From the NCBI GenBank assembly GCA_965645245.1, contig OZ287076.1, forward strand, positions 1,798,001 through 1,862,000: a stretch of 64,000 bases of DNA, in the 5' to 3' direction. Shown one piece after another: positions 61,944-64,000 of this stretch. Position numbers and translations under genes: made by a program. The notes below the pieces were generated by a model. It did not search any database. It was not told where the DNA came from and worked only from the letters and a program-made list of their open reading frames with translations. Position 1 is the first letter of the stretch; every line of letters starts with the position of its first letter. This DNA is from Massalongia carnosa. Its lineage: Eukaryota.

Positions 61944-62889
61944 TTAGCTATCTCCTGATTGGTCAACCCCATACAATGTCGCTCCCCATCCCGCGGAAGC
62001 CATTGTTCCCTCGGTAGATGGACCTTGCTCCGTCACGTACGGCACCTGGAACCCGAGATATTGTGGCTGTTCCGCTATATCTGAAGCTGGAAATGCGGAA
62101 GTTATTGTATTTGATGTTTCGAAGCTGGAAAATGGAGCCTCTTCCACAGAAGCCGGAATCTGGCCGTCCGTAGAAGCAAGCTGTTCCCATAACGAAGCAC
62201 CTTCCCCCGGTGTAGAAAGCGCTCTCGCCCCCTGGGGATCTGTCTTGGAATGCTGAGCAGGAAGGGTTATCCTGCAGCATCCGATATCGTCACCGATGGG
62301 GTTACATTGGCCGTCCCTACAGCATTCCATTAGCAGTGTTCTAGCGGAACGACTAACAGAATAGAATGGTGTGGGGCACAAACTCGGTGAGCTCGTATTT
62401 ACTTGCAGCATTCGGCGAGTGTTCGTTGGACTTGCATTTGTTACGATTCATACAGAGATATGTTTTAGAACCATCTTGATGGCTGAATTGATCTTGCCAA
62501 GGGGCGCATTGAGCTCTGTAGCAGCATCGCAATGAGGATCTGGAGTTGCCTTGGAAGCAGAAGCTTCGGTCAGCGAGGGCAAAGTGATAAATTGGGAAGC
62601 AAGGGAGTTTTCACTGGTGGCCACCGTGGGTATGATGGGAATGGAAACGCCATGGACACAGTTGTTAACTGTTTTCCATGTGCCGTCCGGGTACTGTATG
62701 AGGTCAGACGTGAGACTGTGAAACCAAGGGGTGACTCCATACACCAGGATATTTGCAAAAGCCATTGACTTTCACATCTCCCTCTTGACGAGAAGCTAAG
62801 TAATTCAACACAGGAGGCGTTGCAAGCGGCGTCGCAAGAGCCAGATGCACCGCCGAAGCAATGATGGAATAAACAAAGAGACCCATCAT
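61944..62889 (-). CDS. Small secreted cysteine-containing hypothetical protein
   Basis: Signal peptide MMGLFVYSIIASAVHLALA; intron ~62695-62743 joins to YPDGTWKTVNNC; later segment LCPTPFY..ECCRDGQCNPIGDDIGCC. Exon structure partly uncertain. Confidence 0.55.
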
Positions 62890-64000
62890 GCCAAGTTAGG
62901 ATCTAAGCTTTAAAAGAGAGAAAACGATCCAAGAAAACTTTACGATAAGAAAAGACACATGGCGAACGACGAGCTTCAAGTATTCCCAGGACGGGAAATC
63001 TGTCTCGTGGTTCGGTCAACAAACTAATTCGGAGTCGATTGGCCATCATGATCCTGATCGTATGAACGCACGTAGACTTAGACGCCACCACCGTAGTTGC
63101 GATCCATCCACAAATCACCCGGTCGCTGGAGAAAGTGCCTCAGACGCCGGGCCGCTCCAAGGATATCCATTTGCTCTGAACCACATGCTGGCTGCACTAA
63201 CAGAGTAGGTCGGTTAGAGTTACAGATAACAGAGTAGTGTATCACGGAAGGCAAGCCGATTCTGTGGCTAGCGGACGTTTCATGTTTCAACGGCCTTATG
63301 AAGAGCTCGACGAAACAACCGGCGAGATCAAGGTATCTGGATATTTCCCGGCAGGCGAGACATGCACGATGTAACCATCTGGGGCTTTGAGAACTTCGAC
63401 GAGATGTATCACAGTTCAAACGCCTTTGATTGAATGGATCGAATGATCTGACAGTGGAGAGGTGAGCGCGAACGTCTGTTGTGTTGGTGCATATGCTGAT
63501 GAAATTGGTGCTGGAAAGAATACATAAAGTCAAGCCACCGAAGAGTCAAAGATTTGGGGTCAAAGACTCCCGACACGATGCCGTGTCATGTCGTCGTACT
63601 CTGTAGCACCCAATGAGCTCGGCACAGGTACTCGTACGAGCTACTTTGTACAAAGTAACTAGGTAAGTCAACCAAGTCAAGCTAAGTAAGCAGCTCACGT
63701 GACATTCATCGAGTCCTTCGACTAAAACGGAATAACATGTTGTTTTCACCTGATCGTTGAACGGACCACCTGTGGAATTTGTCGAACCTAGCGATCCACA
63801 ATCCCGTTCGGTTATCCCCGCTTAAGGCGATCGAGCGAAAATGCGGGGACGGCAATGACGAACAGCTCAAGTTACTCAAAAAAAATTGAACATGGCAAAG
63901 AATGTATGAAATGAATACGAAGAATCACAATTAGATTGGAAATGATCAATTTTCGTCAATGGATTCATTCAATTCTATTCTGCTCTTTCCTCGTAAATGT

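Overview
Eukaryotic, intron-containing DNA from a filamentous ascomycete (Pezizomycotina). Short GT-AG introns with CTRAC branch points are seen throughout; a lichen-forming lineage is possible but cannot be shown from this window. Conserved genes: Raptor/KOG1, Gemin2/Brr1-like, PA-TM-RING E3 ligase, EI24/RRT8-like, casein kinase I (HRR25-type), an F-box/LRR protein and a CECR5/HDHD5-type HAD hydrolase. Between them lies accessory and decaying DNA. A ~13 kb block (7.7-20.4 kb) holds an F-box-like pseudogene, a secreted type-B carboxylesterase, an intact ACR3 + ACR2-like arsenic-resistance pair, a degenerate 12-bp minisatellite and an MCT-type MFS pseudogene. Further along are a multi-exon DPR-repeat dehydrin-like gene, an aquaporin pseudogene and a complete 2.64 kb Mutator-like transposon (143/144-bp TIRs, 8-bp TSD) whose transposase has one in-frame stop. 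There are also a second MFS pseudogene, several orphan or secreted proteins, and repeats and palindromes upstream of CK1. No rRNA, tRNA or CRISPR array was recognised. I found no clearly new multi-gene system; the best leads are the arsenic pair in its decaying block, the modular dehydrin gene and the young MULE. Exon coordinates were read by eye and may be off by a few bases.
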